From assembly GCA_963663965.2 (NCBI GenBank), contig CAXXFK010000021.1, positions 64,001 through 128,000 of the forward strand: DNA of 64,000 nucleotides. Direction: 5' to 3'. A program made the position numbers and the translations under genes. Positions 19,779-29,436 of the stretch are shown piece by piece. The notes under the pieces are model-generated. The model searched no databases. It was given only the letters and a program-made list of their open reading frames with translations, and was not told where the DNA came from. Numbering within the stretch: position 1 is the first letter of the stretch; every line of letters starts with the position of its first letter. Origin of the DNA: Sedimentisphaerales bacterium (GTDB lineage Bacteria; Planctomycetota; Phycisphaerae; Sedimentisphaerales; SM23-30).

Positions 19779-20780
19779 TTAGAACTGGCTCAAAAACCGT
19801 ACATCATTTTCAAAGAAATACCGGATATCGGTAATCCCATATTTACGCATGGCCAGCCGTTCGATCCCAAAACCAAACGCCCACCCGGTATATTTCTCCG
19901 TGTCATACCCAACAGCTTTAAAGACATTGGGGTGGACCATGCCGCAACCGCCCATTTCCAGCCAGTATTCCCGGCCGTTCTTGTCGTGCATCAGCAGATC
20001 CACTTCACCAGAAGGCTCGGTAAATGGGAAAAAGGATGGACGGAAACGCCAGACCGTACCGGCGCCAAAGAAAGCCTGCACAAACTGATCGATCGTGGTT
20101 TTAAGGTCGATCATACTGATCCCTTCATCCACCACCAGGGCCTCGATCTGGTGAAACATGAACATGTGGGTGGCATCAACGCTGTCTGGCCGGAATACCC
20201 GGCCCGGCGCCACCACCCGGATCGGCGGCTGTTTGTGCTCCATGACCCGGATCTGCATCGTAGAAGTCTGGCTTCTCAACAGGGAGTTATCATCAATATA
20301 GAAATTATCGAGAGGATCACGGGCCGGATGGGATTCAGGGATGTTCAGGGCAATGAAGTTGTGATATTCATCTTCCACCTCCGGACCATATCCGATCTCA
20401 AAACCCATACGCCCGAATAGTTCCAGCAACTCGTTGATGGTCTGGGTAATCAGGTGGGGCCGGCCCAACTGCGGATCCTGGCCGGGCAGGGTCACATCGA
20501 TCATCGGACCTGAGACTGCGGATTGCTGGTTTTTCAGCTCTTCCTGACGCGTTTTGAATGCCTCGTTGACCTGGTTCTTAATCTGATTGGCCAGTTGCCC
20601 GGCCTGGGGACGGAGTTCCTTGGGTAAACCGCCCAGACCGGCCAATAGATTAGTCACCAATCCCTTACGGGAAAGATACTTGATCCGGTACTGTTCCAAC
20701 TGCTCGCCGTCTTGTACCTGCTGCAGTTCCGCCAGCGCCTGTTGGCCAACTTGATTGAATTGTTCCAAGGAATCGGACAT
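19779..20780 (-). CDS. pheS: Phenylalanine--tRNA ligase alpha subunit
   Basis: NFIALNIPESHPARD, LLRSQTSTMQ, PGRVFR, FHQIE, RFRPSFFPFTEPS, GWAFGFGIERLAM. Confidence 0.98.
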   Translation of the reverse strand: MSDSLEQFNQVGQQALAELQQVQDGEQLEQYRIKYLSRKGLVTNLLAGLGGLPKELRPQAGQLANQIKNQVNEAFKTRQEELKNQQSAVSGPMIDVTLPGQDPQLGRPHLITQTINELLELFGRMGFEIGYGPEVEDEYHNFIALNIPESHPARDPLDNFYIDDNSLLRSQTSTMQIRVMEHKQPPIRVVAPGRVFRPDSVDATHMFMFHQIEALVVDEGISMIDLKTTIDQFVQAFFGAGTVWRFRPSFFPFTEPSGEVDLLMHDKNGREYWLEMGGCGMVHPNVFKAVGYDTEKYTGWAFGFGIERLAMRKYGITDIRYFFENDVRFLSQF

Positions 20781-20861
20781 AATCGTTAAATCTGCTTCTT
20801 CGAATAATTCATCCCGGTTCTTCAGGATGCCGGTATCGGATATTATTCAAACTCTATCGGT

Positions 20862-20899
20862 AAAAAAAAAGGAACACGACCGGATGGCCGGCGGTTCCC
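20862..20899 (-). terminator. Intrinsic terminator after rplT
   Basis: Minus strand reads GGGAACCGCCGGCCATCCGGTCGTGTTCC followed by T9. Confidence 0.7.
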
Positions 20900-20943
20900 T
20901 TTGATTCCGTTTTTTATCAGGAAAATTTAAGCCGGGCCTGCTA

Positions 20944-21303
20944 TCAGGAGGCCGCGTTTTGCCGGGCGATATCGACTATGGCATCAAAACCGGCGGCATC
21001 ATGAATCGCCATTTCCGAAAGCATCTTCCGGTTCACAATCACCTGGGCCTGCTTGAGGCCAAAAATGAACTGGCTGTAACGAATCTTCCGCTGGGTGCAG
21101 GCAGCGCTGATACGGGTTATCCACAACTGACGGAAATCACGTTTCTTGCGGCGACGGTCGCGCGTTGCGTAAACACCGGCGCGTACCACGGCCTCTTTGG
21201 CCAGACGAAGGTTTTTGCTGCGGGGACCACGATACCCCTTGGCGGCTTTAAAGAGCCTTTTCTTGGCTTGACGCCGGGCGGCGCCTTTCACTACTCTTGG
21301 CAT
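20944..21303 (-). CDS. rplT: 50S ribosomal protein L20
   Basis: MPRV...AKGYRG...RDRRRKKRDFRQLWITRISAA...NRKMLSEMA. Confidence 0.98.
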   Translation of the reverse strand: MPRVVKGAARRQAKKRLFKAAKGYRGPRSKNLRLAKEAVVRAGVYATRDRRRKKRDFRQLWITRISAACTQRKIRYSQFIFGLKQAQVIVNRKMLSEMAIHDAAGFDAIVDIARQNAAS

Positions 21304-21396
21304 GTCAGCTTTCCTTTCATTGAATAAGCGTCTGTGACGCGAGATAACCTGCTACGGCAGCTAACAACCGGGAAGCAGGATGAGTACAGTCGAGCA

Positions 21397-21591
21397 TCAG
21401 GCATTCAGTGCGATGAGCATTTTTTTCTCTATGGCGGCCGAGACACCCAGTGTCTTACGCAGACCACGGACTCGATTGCCACTCTTCGAACTCATCAGAT
21501 GGCCCGCAAATGCTCGTTTACGAAGCACTTTACCTTTGGCGGATACTCGGAACCGCTTGGAAGCGCCTTTGTGGGTCTTCATTTTGGGCAT
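21397..21591 (-). CDS. rpmI: 50S ribosomal protein L35
   Basis: MPKMKTHKGASKRFRVSAKGKV; lies immediately upstream of rplT. Confidence 0.98.
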   Translation of the reverse strand: MPKMKTHKGASKRFRVSAKGKVLRKRAFAGHLMSSKSGNRVRGLRKTLGVSAAIEKKMLIALNA

Positions 21592-21713
21592 TGCTATAAC
21601 TTTCTATAATTAAAGTATTTAACTTTTGTTTGTAAGTCTTCTGACAGCCTGCCCCCACCCGGGACCGGTCTAAGACGGACATAAGCACGGTACGGCGTGT
21701 CAGAGAATCGAGA

Positions 21714-21742
21714 ATGATATCAACTCATTGCCTTTATGTAAA
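21714..21742 (-). promoter_or_regulatory. Sigma70-type promoter of rpmI-rplT
   Basis: TTTACA-N17-TATCAT with an extended -10 (TGa). Confidence 0.65.
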
Positions 21743-21795
21743 TATAAAAATCAGGTTTTTTTTGACAAAAACAGCACTAATGGGCAGCCCAAATA

Positions 21796-22788
21796 TCACA
21801 ATTGATCAAGAATGGAATCGATCAACTTCAGATCACTTTCACTCAATGCGATACTGCCGGCCGCTGCGTTCTGGTTAGCCTGGTCCGCATGGCGGATACC
21901 GCAAAGAACATGAGAAACACCCGGTTGGCTGAAGGTCCACGCGATCACCACCTGGGCGACCGTCGCATTGTGAGCCAGCGCCACTGGTTTGAATTGCTCC
22001 AGCATGGCATTTATTTTAACAACAAACTCAGGCTCGAACCGCTGCTTAAACCGATTGGTACGCAAATCACCCTGACCATAGTGTCGTTCCGGCGTGATTT
22101 TTCCTGTCAGTAATCCCATTGATAGGGGAGAATAGGCCAGAAAGGCTATATTTTTATCCATGCAGTAATCCAGTTGCCCTTCACAACGGGCGCCCCGATC
22201 CAGCATACTGAATTTTTCCTGGTCACTATCAATTGGACCATAAGCTTCCATCTGATCCACGGATGCGTTAGAAACTCCGATCGCGCGGATTTTTCCCTGA
22301 TCCTTCATACGTAGCAACTCCGCCATAGTCTCTTCAATCGGAGTTGTTGACTCCTGCCAGTGGGTCTGATAGAGATCGATGTAGTCGGTTTGCAGCCGGA
22401 TCAGGCTGTTTTCCAACTCTTTGCGAATGGAGTTGGGACTCAGGCAGCGATACACCTCCTTCTCTGTGGGCGCATCCTGAATGCTGTACTGATCGGTGTG
22501 AAAATGAAAATCGCCTTCCTTTTTATCCCAGACCAGGCCGCACTTGGTCGCAAGCACAACCTTGTCCCGCCGGCCGCGAATCGCCTCCCCGACGATCTCT
22601 TCAGACAACCCAAAACCATAAACCGGGGCGGTATCGATCAGATTTATGCCGTTGTCAAGGGCGGCATGGATGCCATCAACGGCTTCCTGAAAATTGGTGC
22701 CGCCCCACATCCAGCCGCCGATGGCCCAGGTACCCATTCCAATAACAGACGCTTGGATATTGGATTTGCCTAATGGTCTGTACTGCAT
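21796..22788 (-). CDS. Aldo/keto reductase
   Basis: IGMGTWAIGG, IDTAPVYG, SLIRLQTDYIDLYQTHW, GKIRAIGVSN, AYSPL..GLLTGK. Confidence 0.95.
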   Translation of the reverse strand: MQYRPLGKSNIQASVIGMGTWAIGGWMWGGTNFQEAVDGIHAALDNGINLIDTAPVYGFGLSEEIVGEAIRGRRDKVVLATKCGLVWDKKEGDFHFHTDQYSIQDAPTEKEVYRCLSPNSIRKELENSLIRLQTDYIDLYQTHWQESTTPIEETMAELLRMKDQGKIRAIGVSNASVDQMEAYGPIDSDQEKFSMLDRGARCEGQLDYCMDKNIAFLAYSPLSMGLLTGKITPERHYGQGDLRTNRFKQRFEPEFVVKINAMLEQFKPVALAHNATVAQVVIAWTFSQPGVSHVLCGIRHADQANQNAAAGSIALSESDLKLIDSILDQL

Positions 22789-22859
22789 GATTTGCTCCTT
22801 ATTTTAGCAAGTTGGCAAGTGATTATCATGTCCCGTCGCCTTGCCGCCAATCTATGGGT

Positions 22860-24182
22860 TTACCTATTTTTATGCCCGAACACCGCCGCCGTCAATGACA
22901 ATATCGCCGAAATCCCCATACCGCTCAGCGTCAGAACATCAGAACCGGCCAGTTTGCCCCAGACTCCCAGCACTCCCCCCAGAAATATGGCCATAATGAC
23001 CAGCCGAACATTTAACCGCCTTTTCTTGTGCAACAGAATTGCCAGCACTACCGGTGGGATCGCTCCACAGTTAAATAGCGAATAAGCCAGCAGTAATGAA
23101 TCGATGATATTGCCTTTCAGACAAGCCAGCAAAAACGCGATCAATCCTGTTATGACGGTGACAATCCGGATTCGATGGGTCTGATTCCAACCCAGCAGGT
23201 CATGCCCCAGGGTCGACGCGGCAGTAATCAGACAGGTATCCGCTGAAGAAAAAATCGCCGAAAGCAGCCCTAGCTCAACAATCAGGCGGATCAACGGTGA
23301 CAGGTGTTCTTGAAGAATAGTGGTCAGAGCATCCTGACCCGGCTGCAGCTTTAAATGATAATGAGACCACAAACCGATCCAGGCAATGGCGATACTGACC
23401 ACAAATAGCATCCCGCCCGAAAACAAAACCCCCATCCGGGCCGTTGCCTGGTTTTTGGCCGCCAGTATTCTGCTGATAATATCCGGCCCCGCCAGAAAAC
23501 CCGTTCCGGTAACCAGCAGGAAATAGGTTATTCGAGATGAACCAAATGAATCGTTGATCAATTCAAATGACAGGAATGCGTGATCAGACTCCCATCGAAA
23601 CCAGAGCATTCCCGCAACCAGGAATATCGCCAGCAAAATAAATACCAGTTGAATCTTATCGGTATGAATCACCGATATCTGCCCACCCATCACACAGTAG
23701 GCTGTGATAATAATTGAGACTGCTGACAGCGCAACTGATTGATCGATTCCAAGTGATGTGCTGACAATTTTTGCCGCTCCCAGAAATTGCGCGGCAATAA
23801 TTCCCAGCCAGGCAACCGCAATCACCAGCGACAGGGTACGTCGGACAATTGGGCCAACCAGTCTCCCCATAAGATCTGCCAGGGTAACAACTGGATATTG
23901 CTTCACGACTCCGGCCAGTAACAGGCCGCATAAAACCAGACCGATGGCGCCACTGCCCAGCCACCAGAACGCCGGAAATCCGATCTTATAGCCCAGATTA
24001 ATTACCCCCATCGTGGAGGATGCCCCGATGACAGTTGCCATCAGGGACGCAAAGATGGCAAAGGCGGATCGGTTCGCTCCCGCCACCACAAAATGATCAA
24101 ACTGACCGCTCCGACGCCCGGTCCACCAACCAAGTAAAAGGGTTAATAGCGCGTAAACTGTTAATATAAACCAAGTTATCAA
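22860..24182 (-). CDS. Sodium:solute symporter family permease
   Basis: About 13 TM segments; SLMATVIGASSTMG, YCVMGG..SVIHTD.IQ, SAIFSSADT. TTG start. Confidence 0.85.
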   Translation of the reverse strand: MITWFILTVYALLTLLLGWWTGRRSGQFDHFVVAGANRSAFAIFASLMATVIGASSTMGVINLGYKIGFPAFWWLGSGAIGLVLCGLLLAGVVKQYPVVTLADLMGRLVGPIVRRTLSLVIAVAWLGIIAAQFLGAAKIVSTSLGIDQSVALSAVSIIITAYCVMGGQISVIHTDKIQLVFILLAIFLVAGMLWFRWESDHAFLSFELINDSFGSSRITYFLLVTGTGFLAGPDIISRILAAKNQATARMGVLFSGGMLFVVSIAIAWIGLWSHYHLKLQPGQDALTTILQEHLSPLIRLIVELGLLSAIFSSADTCLITAASTLGHDLLGWNQTHRIRIVTVITGLIAFLLACLKGNIIDSLLLAYSLFNCGAIPPVVLAILLHKKRRLNVRLVIMAIFLGGVLGVWGKLAGSDVLTLSGMGISAILSLTAAVFGHKNR

Positions 24183-24447
24183 ATTTTATGGATTTCCTTT
24201 CTGTTTTGCCTCATTATTATATCGACTCAAAAGCCAATTGCCAGATCGTGACCCGGTTCATCTGTAATTAATACCCGTTTGCTGGCCCCGTAAAACAATC
24301 AACCGCTTTTGCTGCCAAAAAAACCGCTTTCGTGACATAGCTATTTGAAACAAACCCGAAACCGGAACCGAATATCGTTCCACAAACACCTGAATCGTAG
24401 ATTAAAATTGCATGATCGTATAATCCCCCAAGCCGGAAAGGACCCTC

Positions 24448-26733
24448 ATGATGAAATCAATTCTGTATCGTCGTCTGACCACCTTAATCCTCATGACCGC
24501 CTCAATACTGGCGATCGACAGCCTGTTGATTGCTCAAAGCGAATGGAAACCCGCCGACAATCCACTCATGACCCAATGGGCGGCAGATGTCGATCCCGGC
24601 GCTCCGCTCCCGGAATATCCCAGACCACAGTTTGTCCGTAAAAACTGGCAGAATCTTAATGGCTTATGGGATTACGCGGTCACAGATGAAAACGCCGCCA
24701 AACCAGTAACCTGGACTGGCAAAATCCTGGTACCCTATGCCTTCGAGTCCGCGCTCAGTGGCGTTGCCGGCCGTCTGGAACAGAACCAGGATCTCTGGTA
24801 TCAGCGTTCATTCAAAATCCCTGCCAGTTGGAATCAGCAACGAGTAATCCTGCATTTCGGCGCAGTGGATTATAAGACAACCGTTTACGTTAACAATCAA
24901 CCGGTCGGCTCGCATGAAGGCGGCTACGATCCCTTCAGCTTCGATATTACCGATCAACTCAAAACATCAGGCGCCCAGACCCTGACCGTGCAGGTTAACG
25001 ACAAAACCAACTATGACGGCAAACCGCGCGGCAAACAAACGCTCTGGCCCCAGGGTATCATGTACACCCCGACTTCAGGGATCTGGCAGACCGTCTGGCT
25101 CGAACCGGTCGCCAATGTCAGTGTCGAAGATTTCAAACTGATCCCGGATATCGACAACGATTCTCTGAAAGTAAACATCGAGGCGCGCGGCAACGCTTCC
25201 GGCGCTAAAGTCAGCCTGAAAGCAAGAAACGGTCGGCAAACAGTCGGAACCGCTGAAGGCAAAATGGGCAAGGATATCACGCTCAATATCAAAAATCCAG
25301 TACTCTGGACGCCTGACAATCCCCATCTGTATGATCTCGATATTGAAATTTCCCAGGCAGGCAAGGTAACCGATAAGGTGCAAAGTTATTTCGCCATGCG
25401 TAAAATCGAACTGGGCACTGACAACGGCCGGCCGGCCCTGCTGCTCAATGGCAAAAATGTTTTCCAGTTCGGTCCTCTGGACCAGGGTTTCTGGCCCGAT
25501 GGCATCTACACTGCCCCAACGGATGAAGCGCTTAAAAACGACATTGAAATGATGAAAAAGTTCGGCTTTAATATGGTCCGTAAACATATCAAAGTTGAGC
25601 CGGCCCGCTGGTACTATTACACCGACAAACTCGGTCTGATGGTCTGGCAGGATATGCCGTCCGCCAACTCCTACCGCCGGCAGGATCACCCGCAACCTCC
25701 CGTAGATGAAGCCGCGTATGAACGTGAATTGCGCGCCATGGTCGATAACCTCTATAATCATCCCTCGATCATTATGTGGGTCATTTTTAACGAGAGCCAG
25801 GGCCAGCATAAAACCGAACACCTGGTCTCGGTCGTACGGTCACTGGATCCCTCACGCTTGATCAACGAAGCCTCCGGCGGCGGCCATCGCGGGACCGGTG
25901 ATGTCCGCGATATGCATTCCTATCCGCCTCCGAACTGCCCAAAACCATTCGAGAATCAGGCGTTGGTTTGCGGCGAATACGGTGGTATCGGCCTGCGTGT
26001 CCCCGGCCACATGTGGCAGCAGCAGGGCAACTGGGGCTACACTGAAATCAATACTGGGACCGATCTTGAAAACCTGTATGCCAGCTTCGCCAATATGGTC
26101 AAAAAATTCAAGGATGAACGCGGCATGTGCGCGGCGGTCTATACCCAGATTACCGATGTGGAAATCGAGACCAATGGCCTGCTGACCTATGACCGCAAAC
26201 TCAAGACCGACTCCCCTGAATGGATCGCCGGGGCCAACCGCTTTGAATGGGAAGGCCCTACTTATACTCCGATAGTAGATACATCGGAAAAGGAATCCAA
26301 AACCTGGCAATACACCACCATCCGCCCCCAGGACAACTGGTTTACCAGAGACTTTGATGACTCATCCTGGACTGCCGGCGAGGGTGGATTCGGCACCCGT
26401 GAAACGCCTAATATCGGTCGCCTCGGTACTACCTGGTCCACCAGTGATATCTGGCTGCGACGAACGTTCACGCTACCGAATCTCAGCAAAAAAGAACTGG
26501 CGCAATTGAAGATCCGCGACTATCACGATGAAGACGTCGAAATTTATATCAACGGCGTACTGGCTTATCAGGCCGAACGCTGGGTAACCGGCTATGAGGT
26601 CAAGGATCTCACCGATGAAGCCCGTGCGGCGTTGATCCCCGGCGGCCAGAATGTCTTTGCGGTTCACTGCCGACAGACCGGCGGCGGCCAGTACGTGGAT
26701 GTCGGACTGGGCATTGATAACCCCAACCGCTAA
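24448..26733 (+). CDS. Secreted glycoside hydrolase family 2
   Basis: EYPRPQF, LHFGAVDY, GPLDQGFWPDGIYTAP, GFNMVRKHIKVEP, WVIFNES, GEYGG. Confidence 0.92.
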   Translation: MMKSILYRRLTTLILMTASILAIDSLLIAQSEWKPADNPLMTQWAADVDPGAPLPEYPRPQFVRKNWQNLNGLWDYAVTDENAAKPVTWTGKILVPYAFESALSGVAGRLEQNQDLWYQRSFKIPASWNQQRVILHFGAVDYKTTVYVNNQPVGSHEGGYDPFSFDITDQLKTSGAQTLTVQVNDKTNYDGKPRGKQTLWPQGIMYTPTSGIWQTVWLEPVANVSVEDFKLIPDIDNDSLKVNIEARGNASGAKVSLKARNGRQTVGTAEGKMGKDITLNIKNPVLWTPDNPHLYDLDIEISQAGKVTDKVQSYFAMRKIELGTDNGRPALLLNGKNVFQFGPLDQGFWPDGIYTAPTDEALKNDIEMMKKFGFNMVRKHIKVEPARWYYYTDKLGLMVWQDMPSANSYRRQDHPQPPVDEAAYERELRAMVDNLYNHPSIIMWVIFNESQGQHKTEHLVSVVRSLDPSRLINEASGGGHRGTGDVRDMHSYPPPNCPKPFENQALVCGEYGGIGLRVPGHMWQQQGNWGYTEINTGTDLENLYASFANMVKKFKDERGMCAAVYTQITDVEIETNGLLTYDRKLKTDSPEWIAGANRFEWEGPTYTPIVDTSEKESKTWQYTTIRPQDNWFTRDFDDSSWTAGEGGFGTRETPNIGRLGTTWSTSDIWLRRTFTLPNLSKKELAQLKIRDYHDEDVEIYINGVLAYQAERWVTGYEVKDLTDEARAALIPGGQNVFAVHCRQTGGGQYVDVGLGIDNPNR

Positions 26734-26776
26734 GAAACAAGCTGACCGATTTCAAGATAAAAATCTTTGAGAATGT

Positions 26777-26809
26777 AAAACAGGAGCGAATATTTTCAGC
26801 TCCTGTTTT
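26777..26809. terminator. Hairpin / intrinsic terminator between the GH2 and GH127 genes
   Basis: AAAACAGGAGC-N11-GCTCCTGTTTT. Confidence 0.7.
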
Positions 26810-26875
26810 ATTAATATATTCGCCCTGAAATAGTATGCGATTGACATCAATATCAATCAACCAGAAAGGCTCTTT

Positions 26876-29353
26876 ATGTCTCGAAATTTTATATCCACAA
26901 TCTTACTATCAATCGTTACCATCCCGGCTATTGCCGCCAATAACAGTTATCCGCTCACTCCGATTACCTTTGAAAAAGTTCAATTACAAGATGCCTTCTG
27001 GTTGCCGCGCCTGCAGACCCAGGCCGAAGTCACAGTCCCTTTCTCTCTGGAAAAAACCGAACCAGCCATCGAAAACCTGCGCCGCTGCGGCAATTTCCTC
27101 AAGGGACGCGGCGGCGAATTGCCATTTACCCATCGCTTTATTTCCTCAGACCTCTATAAAGTCATGGAAGGCGCCGCCTACATTCTGCAAACCCGGCGCG
27201 ACCCCGAACTGGAACAGCAGCTCGATGAGATCATCGACATTATTGGCGAAGCCCAGCAGGAAGATGGCTATCTGTATGTGTCTCATATCTGCAAAATCCC
27301 CAATCCGGGGGAAATGGGCAAAACCCCTTACTCCTTTGTCGTACACAGCCACGAACTGTATAACATGGGCCATATGTACGAAGGCGCGATCGCCTATTAC
27401 CGGGCGACCGGAAAAGAAAAGTGGCTCAAAATCGCGGAAAAGAATGCCCAGCATATCAACCGTGTTTTTTTTGAAGGCGATCCCAACTACAACAACGGCA
27501 AACCGGTCATGCAGGCGCCCGGTCATCAGGAACTCGAACTGGCCTTGTGCAAGCTGTATGTCGTTACCGGCAAATCTCTCTACCTGGAGATGGCCAGAAA
27601 ATTCCTTGATATTCGCGGCGTCACCTACCGGCCTTCCGGCAGTGGCACCATGTCGCCGGAATATGCCCAGCAGCACAAACCCGTCCGTGAACAGGAACGG
27701 GCCGTTGGGCACGCCGTTCGAGCCGTTTATCTCTATACCGGAATGGCCGACGTCGCCGTTTTATCCGGCGACCTGTCCTACACCAATGCCCTGCAGAAAA
27801 TCTGGCATAACATTGTCGATACCAAAATGCATATTACCGGCGGACTGGGGGCGGTTCATGGGATCGAAGGATTCGGTCCGGAATACGAACTGCCCAACCT
27901 GAAAACCTACGACGAAACCTGTGCCGCAGTCGCCAATGTCTTTTTCAATTACCGCATGTTCCTGCTTTATCAGGATGCCGGTTATTTCGACGTCGCCGAG
28001 GTCTCCCTGTTCAACAACTCCCTGGCCGGGGTAAACCTGGCCGGCAATAAATTCTTCTACGTCAATCCGCTGGAAACGGATGGCAAGCGTAAATTCAATC
28101 ATGGCCGCAGCGGCCGTTCTCCCTGGTTCGATTGCGCCTGCTGCCCTTCCAATATTGCCCGGCTCATGCCCCAGGTTTCCGGATATATGTACGCCCATAC
28201 CGACAACGATATCTATCTGACCCTCTATGCCGCCAGTACTACCGATATTCCACTGGCCGATGGAACCGTGAAGATCCGACAGCAAACCGAATATCCATTT
28301 GATGGCAAAATCGCTTTAACCCTGACCCCACAAAAAACTCAGACCTTCAAACTCCATCTACGCATTCCAACCTGGGCCGGGGCTGACCGGTTTGTCCCGG
28401 GCGATCTTTACCACTATATCGATGGTCAGAAACCCAAATGGACCCTCTCTGTCAACGGACAAACCGTCACCACCACGGTAACCAAAGGATTCGCGGTCAT
28501 CGAACGGGCCTGGAAAGCCGGGGATCGGGTCCAACTCGATCTGCCGATGCCGGTCCGCTATAATGGCTGCACCGAACAGGTTGAGGCCAATCGCAACCGC
28601 CTGGCGGTCACCCGCGGCCCACTGGTTTATTGTGCCGAAGAAATCGATAATGGCCCGTCTCCCGTTCAGGAATTTTACCTTGATAAAATTTCCCGGCAGA
28701 CAACCGTACACACGATTTCCGAGGGCATCCTTCAAGGAATCCCACAGGTGACCATCGCCGCCAGCCAGATCAATCAGCCCGTCACCCAAACCCTGAAACT
28801 GGTTCCCTATTATGCCTGGAACAACCGGGGCGATGATCAAAGCATGATTGTCTGGCTGCCTCGCAATGCCCAACTGGCCCAGGAAAGCCTTGCCACCAAT
28901 CTCACCGCCATCAATCAATATGGCAGACTCACCGCCTCTCATACCTGGGATAACGATACGGTCAAAGCCCTGATCGATGGCCAGATACCCCGCTCCTCGG
29001 TAGATAATGATATCCCGCGCTGGACCAGTTGGCCCCAAAGAAGCACGCCCCAGCAGATCACGTTTGAATTTAACCAACCGCTTGAAGTCTCCTCTGTTAT
29101 GGTTTACTGGTATGATGATGAGCCGGTTGGCGGTGGTGTGCGGGTTCCGGCCGAATGGTCGATTCAACGCAAAATTAATGGGAGCTGGCAACCTTACGAT
29201 AAGTACATTACCGATTTCTATGGAACAAGTAAAGACACCTTCAATATGGTCCGCCCCCAGAAAGTAATCACCTGTGAAGGATTGAAGATTATCATAAAAC
29301 CACAATCCAATATGGCGGTCGGTATTCTTGAATTACAAATTGAAACCCAGTAA
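26876..29353 (+). CDS. Secreted GH127-family beta-L-arabinofuranosidase-like protein with C-terminal CBM32-like domain
   Basis: HELYNMGH, GHQELELAL, GHAVRA.YLY, ETCA, FFYVNPLE, WFDCACCPSN (Zn/Cys nucleophile motif). Confidence 0.92.
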   Translation: MSRNFISTILLSIVTIPAIAANNSYPLTPITFEKVQLQDAFWLPRLQTQAEVTVPFSLEKTEPAIENLRRCGNFLKGRGGELPFTHRFISSDLYKVMEGAAYILQTRRDPELEQQLDEIIDIIGEAQQEDGYLYVSHICKIPNPGEMGKTPYSFVVHSHELYNMGHMYEGAIAYYRATGKEKWLKIAEKNAQHINRVFFEGDPNYNNGKPVMQAPGHQELELALCKLYVVTGKSLYLEMARKFLDIRGVTYRPSGSGTMSPEYAQQHKPVREQERAVGHAVRAVYLYTGMADVAVLSGDLSYTNALQKIWHNIVDTKMHITGGLGAVHGIEGFGPEYELPNLKTYDETCAAVANVFFNYRMFLLYQDAGYFDVAEVSLFNNSLAGVNLAGNKFFYVNPLETDGKRKFNHGRSGRSPWFDCACCPSNIARLMPQVSGYMYAHTDNDIYLTLYAASTTDIPLADGTVKIRQQTEYPFDGKIALTLTPQKTQTFKLHLRIPTWAGADRFVPGDLYHYIDGQKPKWTLSVNGQTVTTTVTKGFAVIERAWKAGDRVQLDLPMPVRYNGCTEQVEANRNRLAVTRGPLVYCAEEIDNGPSPVQEFYLDKISRQTTVHTISEGILQGIPQVTIAASQINQPVTQTLKLVPYYAWNNRGDDQSMIVWLPRNAQLAQESLATNLTAINQYGRLTASHTWDNDTVKALIDGQIPRSSVDNDIPRWTSWPQRSTPQQITFEFNQPLEVSSVMVYWYDDEPVGGGVRVPAEWSIQRKINGSWQPYDKYITDFYGTSKDTFNMVRPQKVITCEGLKIIIKPQSNMAVGILELQIETQ

Positions 29354-29436
29354 AAAACCAGACATAATAAGTGTATGAAAGCAATTCATACCAATAGTAT
29401 GACATACAATCCCTGGTTCTCAGGAAAGAACATGCC

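Noticed and set aside
20781..20943. pheM-like attenuator peptide or T-box upstream of pheS
   Set aside because: Only a terminator hairpin is visible; no Phe-rich mini-ORF or T-box consensus was found.
26835..27902. 355-aa ORF overlapping GH127 on the same strand, as a possible frameshifted gene
   Set aside because: The GH127 ORF is complete with its own signal peptide, and the alternate frame has a low-complexity, non-protein-like composition.
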